This document shows, one piece after another, positions 28,627 to 37,823 of a DNA stretch of 64,000 nucleotides. The translations under genes were made by a program, and so were the position numbers. Origin of the DNA: Candidatus Eiseniibacteriota bacterium (GTDB taxonomy: Bacteria > Eisenbacteria > RBG-16-71-46 > CAVPCR01); the NCBI GenBank assembly GCA_963823555.1, contig CAWGMA010000001.1, forward strand, positions 1,376,001-1,440,000. The letters run 5' to 3'. The notes below the pieces were generated by a model, which was not told the origin of the DNA, ran no database searches, and saw only the letters and a list, made by a program, of their open reading frames with translations. Position 1 is the first letter of the stretch. The number at the start of each line of letters is the position of its first letter.

Positions 28627-29976
28627 TCACGACTGGGCCTCCGCAGCTCGCACCCGCCGCTTGCGGCGTGGACGCGAGAAGCTGAGCTGGATGGCCGCCG
28701 GGCCCACGCCCAGAGCCGCGCGGAACTGATGCTCGAGGTAGCGCCGGTAGTGCGGCGGGACCGCTTCGGGGCGAGCCACCTCGATCGCGAAACGAATGGG
28801 ATTGACACCCTGCTGGCGAGCGCCTCTCCACTCCTGGCGACCCCGCGCCGGTGACGGCGCCGGGGTGCGCTCGACGGCCGCCTTGAGGACCTGGGTCAGC
28901 TCGGCATGGCCCCATTGCTGGCGTGCGGCGCGATAGACCTCGATCACGAGTTCCGGCACGCGGTGCTGGCGCTGACCGCTGAGGGCCGAGATGAAGGTCG
29001 CCGGAGCATAGGCGAGCTCGACCGCATGCTCGCGGAAGGCGTCTTCCATCCGCTTTGCAGTCATGGTCTCCTTCTCGACCAGGTCCCACTTGTTGAACAG
29101 GAGCACGGCTGGCTTGTGCGCGTCGCTGATGAGCGACGCGATCTTGTAGTCCTGGTTGCCGAATGGGTGCGAGGCATCGACCATGAGAATGGCGACATCG
29201 GCCCGCTCGAGCGCCTGGACCGCTCGCACCATGGAGTAGAATTCGGTCCGGGTATCGATGCGCGCCCGGCGGCGCAGGCCCGCCGTATCGACGAACACGA
29301 ATCGCTCGCCACCGAGGATGCAGGGTGAGTCAACGGCATCGCGCGTCGTGCCTGGGCGATCATCGACGATCATCCGCTCCTCGCCGAGAAGGCGGTTGAC
29401 GAGCGAGGACTTGCCGACGTTGGGGCGTCCGACCACGGCGACACGGATCCCTTCCCCGGCGGCTTCGCCGGCTCCGGCCTCCGGCAGAACGGCCACCACG
29501 GCGTCCAGGAGTTCCCCTAGCTCGCGCCCGTGAAGCGCCGACACGGTCAACGGGTCGCCGAAGCCGAGGCGGGCGAAGTCATGAGCATCGAGTTCTCGCG
29601 ACGCGGAGTCGGTCTTGTTGACGACGAGGAGGACCGGGCGCCCGCTCTGGCGCACGGCCGCCGCGATCTGTTCGTCGAGGGGCGTCAATCCGGTCTCGAC
29701 ATCGACCACGAAGAGGACCACCCCGGCGAGGCTGAGCGCTGCCTCGACCTGTCGCCGCACGTGCGCCTCCATGCCGTGCGTGGCTTCGGGAATCAACCCT
29801 CCGGTATCCACCAGCAGGAAGCGCCGGCCGTTCCAGTCGGCCTCCCCCATGACGCGATCGCGGGTGACCCCAGGCATGTCATCGACCACGGCCTGGCGCC
29901 GGCCGAGGATGCGGTTGAACAGCGTTGACTTGCCGACGTTGGGGCGTCCGACGATGGCGACGACCGGGCGTCCCAT
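28627..29976 (-). CDS. der: Ribosome biogenesis GTPase Der (EngA)
   Basis: Two GTPase domains (GRPNVGKS twice, DTGG/DTAG, NKTD/NKWD). Confidence 0.97.
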   Translation of the reverse strand: MGRPVVAIVGRPNVGKSTLFNRILGRRQAVVDDMPGVTRDRVMGEADWNGRRFLLVDTGGLIPEATHGMEAHVRRQVEAALSLAGVVLFVVDVETGLTPLDEQIAAAVRQSGRPVLLVVNKTDSASRELDAHDFARLGFGDPLTVSALHGRELGELLDAVVAVLPEAGAGEAAGEGIRVAVVGRPNVGKSSLVNRLLGEERMIVDDRPGTTRDAVDSPCILGGERFVFVDTAGLRRRARIDTRTEFYSMVRAVQALERADVAILMVDASHPFGNQDYKIASLISDAHKPAVLLFNKWDLVEKETMTAKRMEDAFREHAVELAYAPATFISALSGQRQHRVPELVIEVYRAARQQWGHAELTQVLKAAVERTPAPSPARGRQEWRGARQQGVNPIRFAIEVARPEAVPPHYRRYLEHQFRAALGVGPAAIQLSFSRPRRKRRVRAAEAQS

Positions 29977-31292
29977 CAGGTCTTCTCCCAGACCGGATTG
30001 GTGTGGAACGGCTCGTCGCCGAGGCCCAGATGCAGCGGAGCGCCGAGCGCCGACTCAAGGTCGCTAAGGCTCATGTCATCGAGGAACAGGGACCGCCCAT
30101 TCACGCACGACGGGGGCAGGCAGATGACATCGCCCGGCCGCTGGCGCTTGACGGCCCGTTCGATGTCGCCCCCGGCCAGGAGGCCAGCCACGGTGATCCC
30201 GGGGCCGAGGAAGTCATTCTCGACGACCACCAGATCGACGGCCTTGGCGTGGCGGGTCAGGAGGCCCGTGACGAGCTCGGTGGTGATGAGCGGTGCGGCC
30301 ATCACGCCCGTGACCACGGTGGCCCGGCGCCCGCGCACCCAATCGACGATGGGAAGATGGTCGCCATCATCGGCCAGGCGATCGATGAGCTGGCGGGCCA
30401 GGCCGACGCCGTCCTCGATCTGCGGAAAATCCTCGTAGTAGGACGCCTGTGGAATGGCCGTGCCGGTGAGGAAGAACCACTCGTCGGCCAGATAGATGAA
30501 GGGATGGCCGAAGCGGCGTCTGAATGCCGCGCCGAGCTCTTCGACCTGGGACATGACGAGGCGCGCGCAATCGGGGGTGACGGGTGTGAGCGCGGCCAGT
30601 CCGGCGCGATGACGCGTCAGTCCAAGGGGCACAACGGCGATCGATTGCACGCCGGGATGGAGCTCGGCAAGGCCCTGCGCGGTCTGGGTGAGGATCTCTC
30701 CGTCGTTGATTCCCGGGCAGAGCACCACCTGAGCATGGACGCGGATCCCGCCCGCGATGAGCCGCCGGAGCTTCGGCAGGACATCAGCGATCGTGAGATC
30801 CTCGATGCCCAGGAGCCGGGCGCGCACTCCGGGATCGGTGGCATGAACGGAGACATAGAGCGGGCTCAGCCCCTGGTCGATGATTCGGTCGAACTCCCCG
30901 GGGCGGATGTTCGTGAGGGTGACGTAGTTGCCGTGGAGAAAGGAGAATCGGTAGTCCTCGTCGCGCACGTAGAGACCCCGGCGGCGGCCGGCCGGCATCT
31001 GGTCGATGAAGCAGAACAGGCACTTGTTCCCGCAGACGCGGGCCTTCATCTCCTCGGTCTCGATACCCAGGCCTTCCCCAGGAACGCGCTCGATGCGGAT
31101 GGTGAAGGGCCGCTTCGTGGCGTTCCGCTGGATCAGGAACTCGACCTCATCATCGGCGGCGTGATAGCGGAGATCGATGACATCGCGCAGCGCTTCCCCG
31201 TTGAGCGCGACGATGCGGTCTCCGGCGCGGAGGCCGGCCCGCTCGGCAAGACTGCCAGGCTCTACGCCATGGATGGGGAGTGGACGGGGCAT
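29976..31292 (-). CDS. PDZ + radical SAM + DUF512 protein
   Basis: N-terminal PDZ-like segment; CGNKCLFCFIDQ, YRFSFLHGNYVTLTN and YEDFPQIEDGVG motifs. Confidence 0.9.
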   Translation of the reverse strand: MPRPLPIHGVEPGSLAERAGLRAGDRIVALNGEALRDVIDLRYHAADDEVEFLIQRNATKRPFTIRIERVPGEGLGIETEEMKARVCGNKCLFCFIDQMPAGRRRGLYVRDEDYRFSFLHGNYVTLTNIRPGEFDRIIDQGLSPLYVSVHATDPGVRARLLGIEDLTIADVLPKLRRLIAGGIRVHAQVVLCPGINDGEILTQTAQGLAELHPGVQSIAVVPLGLTRHRAGLAALTPVTPDCARLVMSQVEELGAAFRRRFGHPFIYLADEWFFLTGTAIPQASYYEDFPQIEDGVGLARQLIDRLADDGDHLPIVDWVRGRRATVVTGVMAAPLITTELVTGLLTRHAKAVDLVVVENDFLGPGITVAGLLAGGDIERAVKRQRPGDVICLPPSCVNGRSLFLDDMSLSDLESALGAPLHLGLGDEPFHTNPVWEKT

Positions 31293-31401
31293 CGAGTCTC
31301 GCGCACGCAGGAACGAAGCAACAGGGCTTCTATGCGTACAAGAACGCCCGCACCGGAGGCGGGCGATTCGTCATGTGCGGCCAATCCGCACGCATGCAAA
31401 A

Positions 31402-31476
<75 letters not shown>

Positions 31477-31575
31477 TCGACGAACCTCCGAATCATAACG
31501 CAAGCGCGCCGGACCGGCCAGCAGGCACGACCCTGGACTCTCCTGGGTTCGTGCGTTCGTTGAACCGGCGCCGGT

Positions 31576-31604
31576 AACTTACGTCCCATGATGGAGGTTG
31601 TCAA
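31576..31604 (-). promoter_or_regulatory. Sigma70-type promoter upstream of tRNA-Gly
   Basis: Minus strand TTGACA-N17-TAAGTT overlapping the miaA stop. Confidence 0.5.
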
Positions 31605-32599
31605 GGCCAGGGTGGGCCTGATTGAAGCGAATTCGAGCTGGACAGCAGGCGATGCGCGGTGGCCTCCGGCGACTCTTCCGGTTCCAGGTGGAACCACTCG
31701 GCGCCCTGGACACCGCGGAACCACGTCCGCTGGCGCCGGGCGAACTGGCGCGTGGCCTGCGTGGCCGCAGCGACCGCCACCGGGAGGTCCGCCTCCCCCC
31801 GCAGATGGGCAAAGGCCTCGCGATAGCCGATGGTGCGATGGCTCGCGTGTTCCGGGCCCAGTCCCCGCGCCAGGAGATCCCGGGCCTCGGCCAGGATGCC
31901 GGTGCGGAACATGAGGAGGGTGCGCTCTGCGATCCGGCGGTCCAGATCGGGATCGGCGCGATCGAGCACGATATAACGCGTTCGCGGCCGGAGCGACGGC
32001 CAGGCTGCTTCTCGGCGCAGCGCCGAGAGGGGTCTTCCGCTGAGAGCGTGCACCTCGAGAGCGCGAATCAAGCGCACGCGATCATTGGGATGCAGCCGCC
32101 CAGCCGTTTCGGGGTCGATTCGCTCCAGCTCGGCATGCAGGGCGGGTGTCCCGTCGCGATCAGCCCGGGCCTCGAGTGTGGCGCGGAGCTCGGGGTCGCG
32201 GGCGGGGCCGGTGAACAGCCCATCGATGAATGCTCGCAGGTAGAGGCCGGAGCCCCCGACGACGACGGCGGGCACGTGCTGCCGATCCAGTCCGGCCAGC
32301 GCCTGTCGCGCATCGCGCGCGAAATCGGCTGCCGTGTAGTGAATGAGAGGATCGGCGATATCCAGGAGGTGGTGCGGGACCAGAGCCTGCTCGGCCGCTG
32401 ACGGCTTCGAAGTGCCGATCGTCATCCCGCGGTAAACCTGTCGCGAGTCGGCGGAGATGATCTCACCGCCCAGGTGCCGGGCGACGGCGATTCCGACCGC
32501 GGTCTTGCCCACCGCGGTCGGCCCGGTCAGGACCCAGATTGGCCCGGGGGCGGACTCGCGCTCGGGCTCAGGTCCGCCCGAAGCGCCGGTCGAGGTCAT
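31601..32599 (-). CDS. miaA: tRNA dimethylallyltransferase
   Basis: GPTAVGKT, ADSRQVYRGMTIGT, VGGSGLY, IGYRE and TRQFARRQRTWF motifs; start uncertain. Confidence 0.96.
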   Translation of the reverse strand: MTSTGASGGPEPERESAPGPIWVLTGPTAVGKTAVGIAVARHLGGEIISADSRQVYRGMTIGTSKPSAAEQALVPHHLLDIADPLIHYTAADFARDARQALAGLDRQHVPAVVVGGSGLYLRAFIDGLFTGPARDPELRATLEARADRDGTPALHAELERIDPETAGRLHPNDRVRLIRALEVHALSGRPLSALRREAAWPSLRPRTRYIVLDRADPDLDRRIAERTLLMFRTGILAEARDLLARGLGPEHASHRTIGYREAFAHLRGEADLPVAVAAATQATRQFARRQRTWFRGVQGAEWFHLEPEESPEATAHRLLSSSNSLQSGPPWP

Positions 32600-34409
32600 C
32601 GAGGGAGAGCTTGACGACAATGGGGCGGCCATGAGGGCATGCCACCGGAACCTCGCAGGCGAAGAGGTCCTCCACGAGCTGGTTCATCTCGGCGAGGTTC
32701 AGCGTATCACCCTTGCGAACCGCGGCATGACAGGCATAGCTCGCGGCCACGGCCTCTTCGAGGCCGGCGCCTCCACGGCGCTCGCGACCGAGGGTCTCGG
32801 CCATGTCGATGAGGAAGCGCCCGCTATCGGCGCGGTGGACACCGGGCGGGGTGGCATGGACGGCCAGAGAGCTGGGACCGATCTGGCGCAACTCGAAGCC
32901 GAGGCGCCTGAGGAGGGGCTCCGCCTCGAGGAGAAGATCGAGGTCGGACGGGGCCAGGTCGATGACATCAGGCGTGATGAGCCCCTGCCCTGCGACCGGT
33001 CGCTCGCGGAGATGGCCCAGGATGCGCTCGTAGAGCACGCGCTCGTGAGCGACATGCTGGTCGACGATCAGCATGCCGCCCTTCACCGGGCACAGGATAT
33101 AGGTGTTGTGGAGCTGCCAGAGCGGGACCAGCTCGCCTGGCGCCGGCGCCCAGCCCTCGATCTCCGGGCCGAATGCCGGGGCTCGGGACCGGTGCTCGTC
33201 GCCCCCTGCGGCACCGGGCACGCCGGCATCGCGAACCAGGCCAGGATGATCGGTCCCCGAGCCGCCCTCGCCCAGGGCGGGCGCTCCGTCGCGGCGTGTG
33301 CTGAGGACATCCCGGCCGAAGGAGTACTGGATGTCGCTGCGCGGCATGGCGCCGCCCCCGGGCACCACGAAGGCCGCCGGGCCGAGGCGCGCTCCGAGCT
33401 CGCGAATCGCTGCTTCGACGGCACGCACGATGAGACCGTAGACCTCGTATTCGCGGGAGAACTTGATCTCGCGCTTGGTGGGATGCACGTTGACGTCGAC
33501 AAAGCGGGGATCCAGCGTGAGCTCGAGAATGGCGAAGGGATGACGGCCCTGGGGCATCCGATTACGGTAGGCAGTACGCACCGCATGGCCCAGCAGGGGA
33601 TTCTGTACCCAGCGGCCATTGACGAAGAAGGTCTGGTAGTCGCGGTTCCCGCGATGGAGATCGGGTCCGCCGACGAGCCCATTCACCTCGAGAAGCTGGC
33701 TGGCGAAGGTCACGGGGACGAGCTGAGCCGCCAGCTCGCTGCCGTAGACCGCGGCGGCCCGCGCCGCGAGATCGGCCACCGGCGGCAGGTTGAGGAGCTC
33801 CTCGTCGTCCTGGCTCAAGAGGAAGTGGATCCCTGGCAGCACGAGGGCGTAGCTCTGGACGACCCGCGTGACGGCTCGCATCTCGCCACGATCGGAACGC
33901 AGGAATTTGCGCCGAACCGGAGTATTGAAGAAGAGGTCGGCCACGGTGACCGTGGTTCCCGGTGGACGGCCCACCGGACTGGCGGTCAGAATGGCGCCGC
34001 CGGCGACTTCGATCTGCATGCCGCCAAGGCTCTCCGGGGCCCGTGTCGAGAGCGTGAAGCGAGAGATCTGGGCGATCGTCGGCAGAGCCTCGCCCCGGAA
34101 GCCGAGAGTGCGGATGTGGGCCAGATCCTCCGCGGTGGACAGCTTGGATGTGGCATGGCGCCGGAGCGCGAGGTGGGCCTCTTCCTCGGTCATGCCGCAA
34201 CCGTCGTCGAGAACCCTGAGGAATCGGTCGGGTGCGCTGCGGATCGCCACCGAGATCTTGCGGGATCCGGCGTCGATCGAGTTCTCGATGAGCTCCTTGG
34301 CCACCGAGGCCGGACGTTCGATGACCTCGCCGGCCGCGATATGGGCGACGACCTCAGACGGCAGGATCCGGATGCGAGGTGGTTGTGTGGCGCTGTGAGT
34401 TTCGGTCAT
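32568..34409 (-). CDS. mutL: DNA mismatch repair endonuclease MutL
   Basis: IAAGEVIERP, ENSIDA, GFRGEAL and DVNVHPTK motifs; endonuclease motifs DQHVAHERVLYE, ACH and CPHGRP. Confidence 0.97.
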   Translation of the reverse strand: MTETHSATQPPRIRILPSEVVAHIAAGEVIERPASVAKELIENSIDAGSRKISVAIRSAPDRFLRVLDDGCGMTEEEAHLALRRHATSKLSTAEDLAHIRTLGFRGEALPTIAQISRFTLSTRAPESLGGMQIEVAGGAILTASPVGRPPGTTVTVADLFFNTPVRRKFLRSDRGEMRAVTRVVQSYALVLPGIHFLLSQDDEELLNLPPVADLAARAAAVYGSELAAQLVPVTFASQLLEVNGLVGGPDLHRGNRDYQTFFVNGRWVQNPLLGHAVRTAYRNRMPQGRHPFAILELTLDPRFVDVNVHPTKREIKFSREYEVYGLIVRAVEAAIRELGARLGPAAFVVPGGGAMPRSDIQYSFGRDVLSTRRDGAPALGEGGSGTDHPGLVRDAGVPGAAGGDEHRSRAPAFGPEIEGWAPAPGELVPLWQLHNTYILCPVKGGMLIVDQHVAHERVLYERILGHLRERPVAGQGLITPDVIDLAPSDLDLLLEAEPLLRRLGFELRQIGPSSLAVHATPPGVHRADSGRFLIDMAETLGRERRGGAGLEEAVAASYACHAAVRKGDTLNLAEMNQLVEDLFACEVPVACPHGRPIVVKLSLDDLDRRFGRT

Positions 34410-34454
34410 CGGCACTAACGGCAGTGGACACGCGGGAATCGATGGCGACGGCGA

Positions 34455-34484
34455 AGAATGCGCCGCACGCACGGTAAGTGTCAA
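34455..34484 (-). promoter_or_regulatory. Putative mutL promoter
   Basis: Minus strand TTGACA-N18-CATTCT. Confidence 0.45.
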
Positions 34485-34500
34485 CTGAAACCTGGCACGT

Positions 34501-34529
34501 TTGACCGCGACAGGGCCCAATGCTAGCGT
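34501..34529 (+). promoter_or_regulatory. Putative promoter of the methyltransferase gene
   Basis: TTGACC-N17-TAGCGT with TGn. Confidence 0.5.
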
Positions 34530-34620
34530 GCGCGCTCATGCAGCGATCGGATACCCTTCCCGCCGCGGGCGGGCATCTTGGTTGCGGATCCAGGTTGCTC
34601 CGGGACGGGACCACGAGACC

Positions 34621-35322
34621 ATGATGGACCCGCATCCGGCGATCGTCCTGACGACCCTCATCGACACCTTGCCCAGCGGGGCCCATGTGCTCGATCTCGG
34701 GGCGGGCGGCGGGACGTTCCCCTATGCAGATTATCCACATCTCCACATCGCCGCCGCCGAGCTCAGGCCGCGTAGCGAAGCCATGGCGCGCCTCGCCGGC
34801 CGGCTGGTCAACGCCAGCGCCAGTACCCTCCCCTTCCGCACGGCGAACTTCGATCTCGTCGTGGCGCACTGGCTGTTCGAACACGTCGACGATCTGGCAG
34901 GGACGTTCGACGAGGTCCGGAGGGTGCTCCGGCCCGGGGGCCTCCTGGCGGTCGCAGTGCCCAACTCGCACAGCTTCGAGGACCGCTGCTACCGTTTCGC
35001 GAGCCACGTCTACAAGTACGCCTTCCTCCATTTCAGGAAACGAATCGAGCACGTCCAGGTCCTGACCTTCCTCGATCTGAACGAGGAGCTCTACCGGCGC
35101 GGCTTCCGGCTCCTGCGCTTCCGCACCGAAGACGCAGGCTATTGCTGGCTGGATGTCCGGCAGCTCCGGCGGCTGCGGCCGGCCATCATGGCGGTCCTCG
35201 GAGCCTTCCGGCGCCTCGGGTGCGACGGCTTCGCGGGAGCCAACTACCGTCTTCTCTACTGGCTTCCGGGAGAGTCCGAACCCGCCCAGAATCTGGGGGG
35301 CGACTACCTGCGGCGAGAGTGA
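34621..35322 (+). CDS. Class I SAM-dependent methyltransferase
   Basis: VLDLGAGGG, LPF...FDLV...FEHV and RVLRPGG motifs. Confidence 0.88.
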   Translation: MMDPHPAIVLTTLIDTLPSGAHVLDLGAGGGTFPYADYPHLHIAAAELRPRSEAMARLAGRLVNASASTLPFRTANFDLVVAHWLFEHVDDLAGTFDEVRRVLRPGGLLAVAVPNSHSFEDRCYRFASHVYKYAFLHFRKRIEHVQVLTFLDLNEELYRRGFRLLRFRTEDAGYCWLDVRQLRRLRPAIMAVLGAFRRLGCDGFAGANYRLLYWLPGESEPAQNLGGDYLRRE

Positions 35323-35352
35323 TCGGCGTCGGTGAGCGGGGGCTGTCGGGGA

Positions 35353-37140
35353 TCAGCCGATGCGGGCCACCAGGTCGTCGAAGGTGGCGACATCGGCCGG
35401 GAAGTGGATCTGGTTCCCGCGGACATCGAGGCTCGAAGCCCCAGGCTGCTCGCTATCGAGCTGGCCGAGAACGGTGCGCGCCCGAAGCACCATCCTCCCG
35501 CCCCCCTTGTCGGTGTGGGGGTTGAGTACGGCAAAGCGGGTACGCCCGAGGCGGGCCATGGCGTCCATGGCTCTCAGTTGACCGTGAAAGCGGCGGGCAA
35601 AGGTGAGGACGAGCTCCTCCGGCGGTGGCGGGGTACCCAATGGCCCCTCGAGCTCGAACACCGTGAGTAGGAATGGAACCGCATAGCGCTCGGAGCGCTT
35701 CACCTCCGCCCGCAACAGGGCGAGAAGTCCCCGCCGGTCGAGGATGCCTTCCGTGGCGCCGATTCCAGTCGACTGCGGTGCGGCGAGGGCGAGCGCTCCG
35801 GCCGCATGGAGTCCCAGCCGCTCGAGGAGGCGTCGTTCCTCGGTGCTCCATAGCTCACCATCGGCGGCGCTTGCGGGGACGCTGCGAAAGACGGCCAGGG
35901 TGCCGAGGCATTCGTGGCCGCGCCGGATGGGTGCGGCCAGGCCCTCGACGCGGCGCTCGCCGACGATGAAGCCGGGTTTGACCTGGCTCTTGAGGGCGGC
36001 CCGGGCGCTCGCCGCCAGCTCCTCTTCGGCAGCAACGAGGATCGTCTGCTCCCCGGCGAGGGCGGTCGGGAGCGAGGGCACGATCTCCGGGTCCTGCATT
36101 CCCGGCAGGCGCATCACGATCAGCTCCGGATGAAGCTCGGTGCGGATCGCCTCACGCAGGGTGGCGATGATCGCCTCCTCACCCGTGGCATCGGCAATCT
36201 GAGCCGCCAGGTCGGCCATGCGCTGGGCCTCGGCCTGGTCGCGTTTCAGGCGATCCACCTCCCCCGCCAGAGAGAGCAAGCGCCCCAGACGGCGAGCGGT
36301 ACGCCGCAAGACCATGAGCCTCTCGTCCGCCTCATGCGCCGGAAGCCTCAAGTCGAGGAACCAGACCACTCCCGGTACCGACTCGAGCGGGAACGCGGCC
36401 AGTGCCCGTGGCGGCGAGGGAGTCCAGTCCTCATCGCCGGTTGCGGGTTCATGCCGGACATAGATCTGCGGAACCCCCCCGAGTGCCAGGCGGGAGATGG
36501 CATCGGGTGCCGCGGCCGATTCGGCCCCGGGACCGGCCACGATCCAGTCGCCCGGTTCGAGCACGCCGCCGCGGACCAGACCGATGGCGCACGCCTCGGC
36601 GTCGAGCAGCTGAGCCCAGCTCTGGGCCAGGAGCTCGAGGCGGTGCGGGAGCTCCCCTTCCCCGGCGATGATCTCATCGAGCCCATCACGAAGCATGACC
36701 TCGAGCTGCGGGCTACCGCGTCCAGTGGACGGCGCGGATGGGGCGGGTCGCGATGGCTCGGGTGCGGGCCCAGGGCTTGGTTTCGCGTCGATCACCGGTT
36801 CGCAGGTGGCCGCGATACCGGGGTGGATATCGATCGTGATCCCGTAGCGAGAGGCCGCTTCGGTGGTCGTGAGAATCTCGGCGGCCAACCCCACGTCCGC
36901 GACGCGGCGACGGATCTCCACCTGGGCTTCATCAGGCACGACGATGAGATCGGGCGCGCGATCGCGTAGCGTCTCGACATCGGTGCCGGTGGGAATGGCA
37001 AGGACCTGCGCAATCTTGTAGGGAGTTGAGTGCGAATCGGGATGCACGGCCCCGACCACCTCGAGATCCGGACGCTGTGCCATCGCCGACAAGAGCTCGA
37101 GTTGCTCCGGAGTGAGGTTGACGAGAGCGACGCGGGTCAT
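35353..37140 (-). CDS. Multi-domain signalling protein: Rossmann-like N-terminus, GAF domain(s), degenerate GGDEF
   Basis: GAF-like LAAPIRRGHECLGTLAV; EVKRSERY...RAMDAMARLGRTRFAVL (RxxD present, GGDEF replaced by GRTRF). Confidence 0.7.
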   Translation of the reverse strand: MTRVALVNLTPEQLELLSAMAQRPDLEVVGAVHPDSHSTPYKIAQVLAIPTGTDVETLRDRAPDLIVVPDEAQVEIRRRVADVGLAAEILTTTEAASRYGITIDIHPGIAATCEPVIDAKPSPGPAPEPSRPAPSAPSTGRGSPQLEVMLRDGLDEIIAGEGELPHRLELLAQSWAQLLDAEACAIGLVRGGVLEPGDWIVAGPGAESAAAPDAISRLALGGVPQIYVRHEPATGDEDWTPSPPRALAAFPLESVPGVVWFLDLRLPAHEADERLMVLRRTARRLGRLLSLAGEVDRLKRDQAEAQRMADLAAQIADATGEEAIIATLREAIRTELHPELIVMRLPGMQDPEIVPSLPTALAGEQTILVAAEEELAASARAALKSQVKPGFIVGERRVEGLAAPIRRGHECLGTLAVFRSVPASAADGELWSTEERRLLERLGLHAAGALALAAPQSTGIGATEGILDRRGLLALLRAEVKRSERYAVPFLLTVFELEGPLGTPPPPEELVLTFARRFHGQLRAMDAMARLGRTRFAVLNPHTDKGGGRMVLRARTVLGQLDSEQPGASSLDVRGNQIHFPADVATFDDLVARIG

Positions 37141-37823
37141 GCCGCCTCCTCGCTGTCTTCAGACGGTCCCGTCTCCGCGGTGGGCTCGCTCTTCCGCTCG
37201 GGGGTCGCAAGGGTCCTTGATCTGGACTGACTCAAGTCGAGCATGCTCACGCCGCGCGACGGCAAGTAGTCCGCTTCCAGGGGCTCGGCGGCCCGCTTCA
37301 GGCGGCGGAGCACTTCGTCGATGCGGCCGACGGCGCCGTGCAACGTGGCGACGCGCTCTGGCGGGGCGCCTTGATCGCGACGCAGGAGTTCGATCTCACC
37401 GGAGAGGATGGCCAGCGGATTGTTGATCTCGTGGCACAGGGCGATCGTGGTCTCGGCGAGGGCCCGGAGGCGTTCCACTCGCAGTCGGGCGGAGATCTCC
37501 TCGAGCGTGATGAGCACGCTTCCCGGCACCGAGGGTGGGCCGTGACCGATCCTGAGCTGGACCATGCGGGACTCGGTCCCGGAGCGCAGAAGCACGGCCG
37601 GCTCCTCGAGCCCGGCGCCGCCGGCCCGCACCCGCGCCACATAGGCGGCCACGCGCACTCCCGGCAGGCACTGAGCCAGGCTGCGGAGGTCGGTCTGGCC
37701 CGGCGCCATGCCGTCGGCGGCAACGTTCCGGTAGATGACCCGTCCGTCGTTCCCGATGAGCCAGACGCTCACGGGGAGCGTGTCGGCCAGCTCGGCGGCC
37801 AGTCCGGTACGTTCATCCATCAT
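37137..37823 (-). CDS. PAS + HisKA dimerization/phosphoacceptor protein lacking an ATPase domain
   Basis: DTLPVSVWLI...VIYRNVAA (PAS) and H-box CHEINNPLAIL; the protein ends without N/G1/F/G2 boxes. Confidence 0.78.
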   Translation of the reverse strand: MMDERTGLAAELADTLPVSVWLIGNDGRVIYRNVAADGMAPGQTDLRSLAQCLPGVRVAAYVARVRAGGAGLEEPAVLLRSGTESRMVQLRIGHGPPSVPGSVLITLEEISARLRVERLRALAETTIALCHEINNPLAILSGEIELLRRDQGAPPERVATLHGAVGRIDEVLRRLKRAAEPLEADYLPSRGVSMLDLSQSRSRTLATPERKSEPTAETGPSEDSEEAA

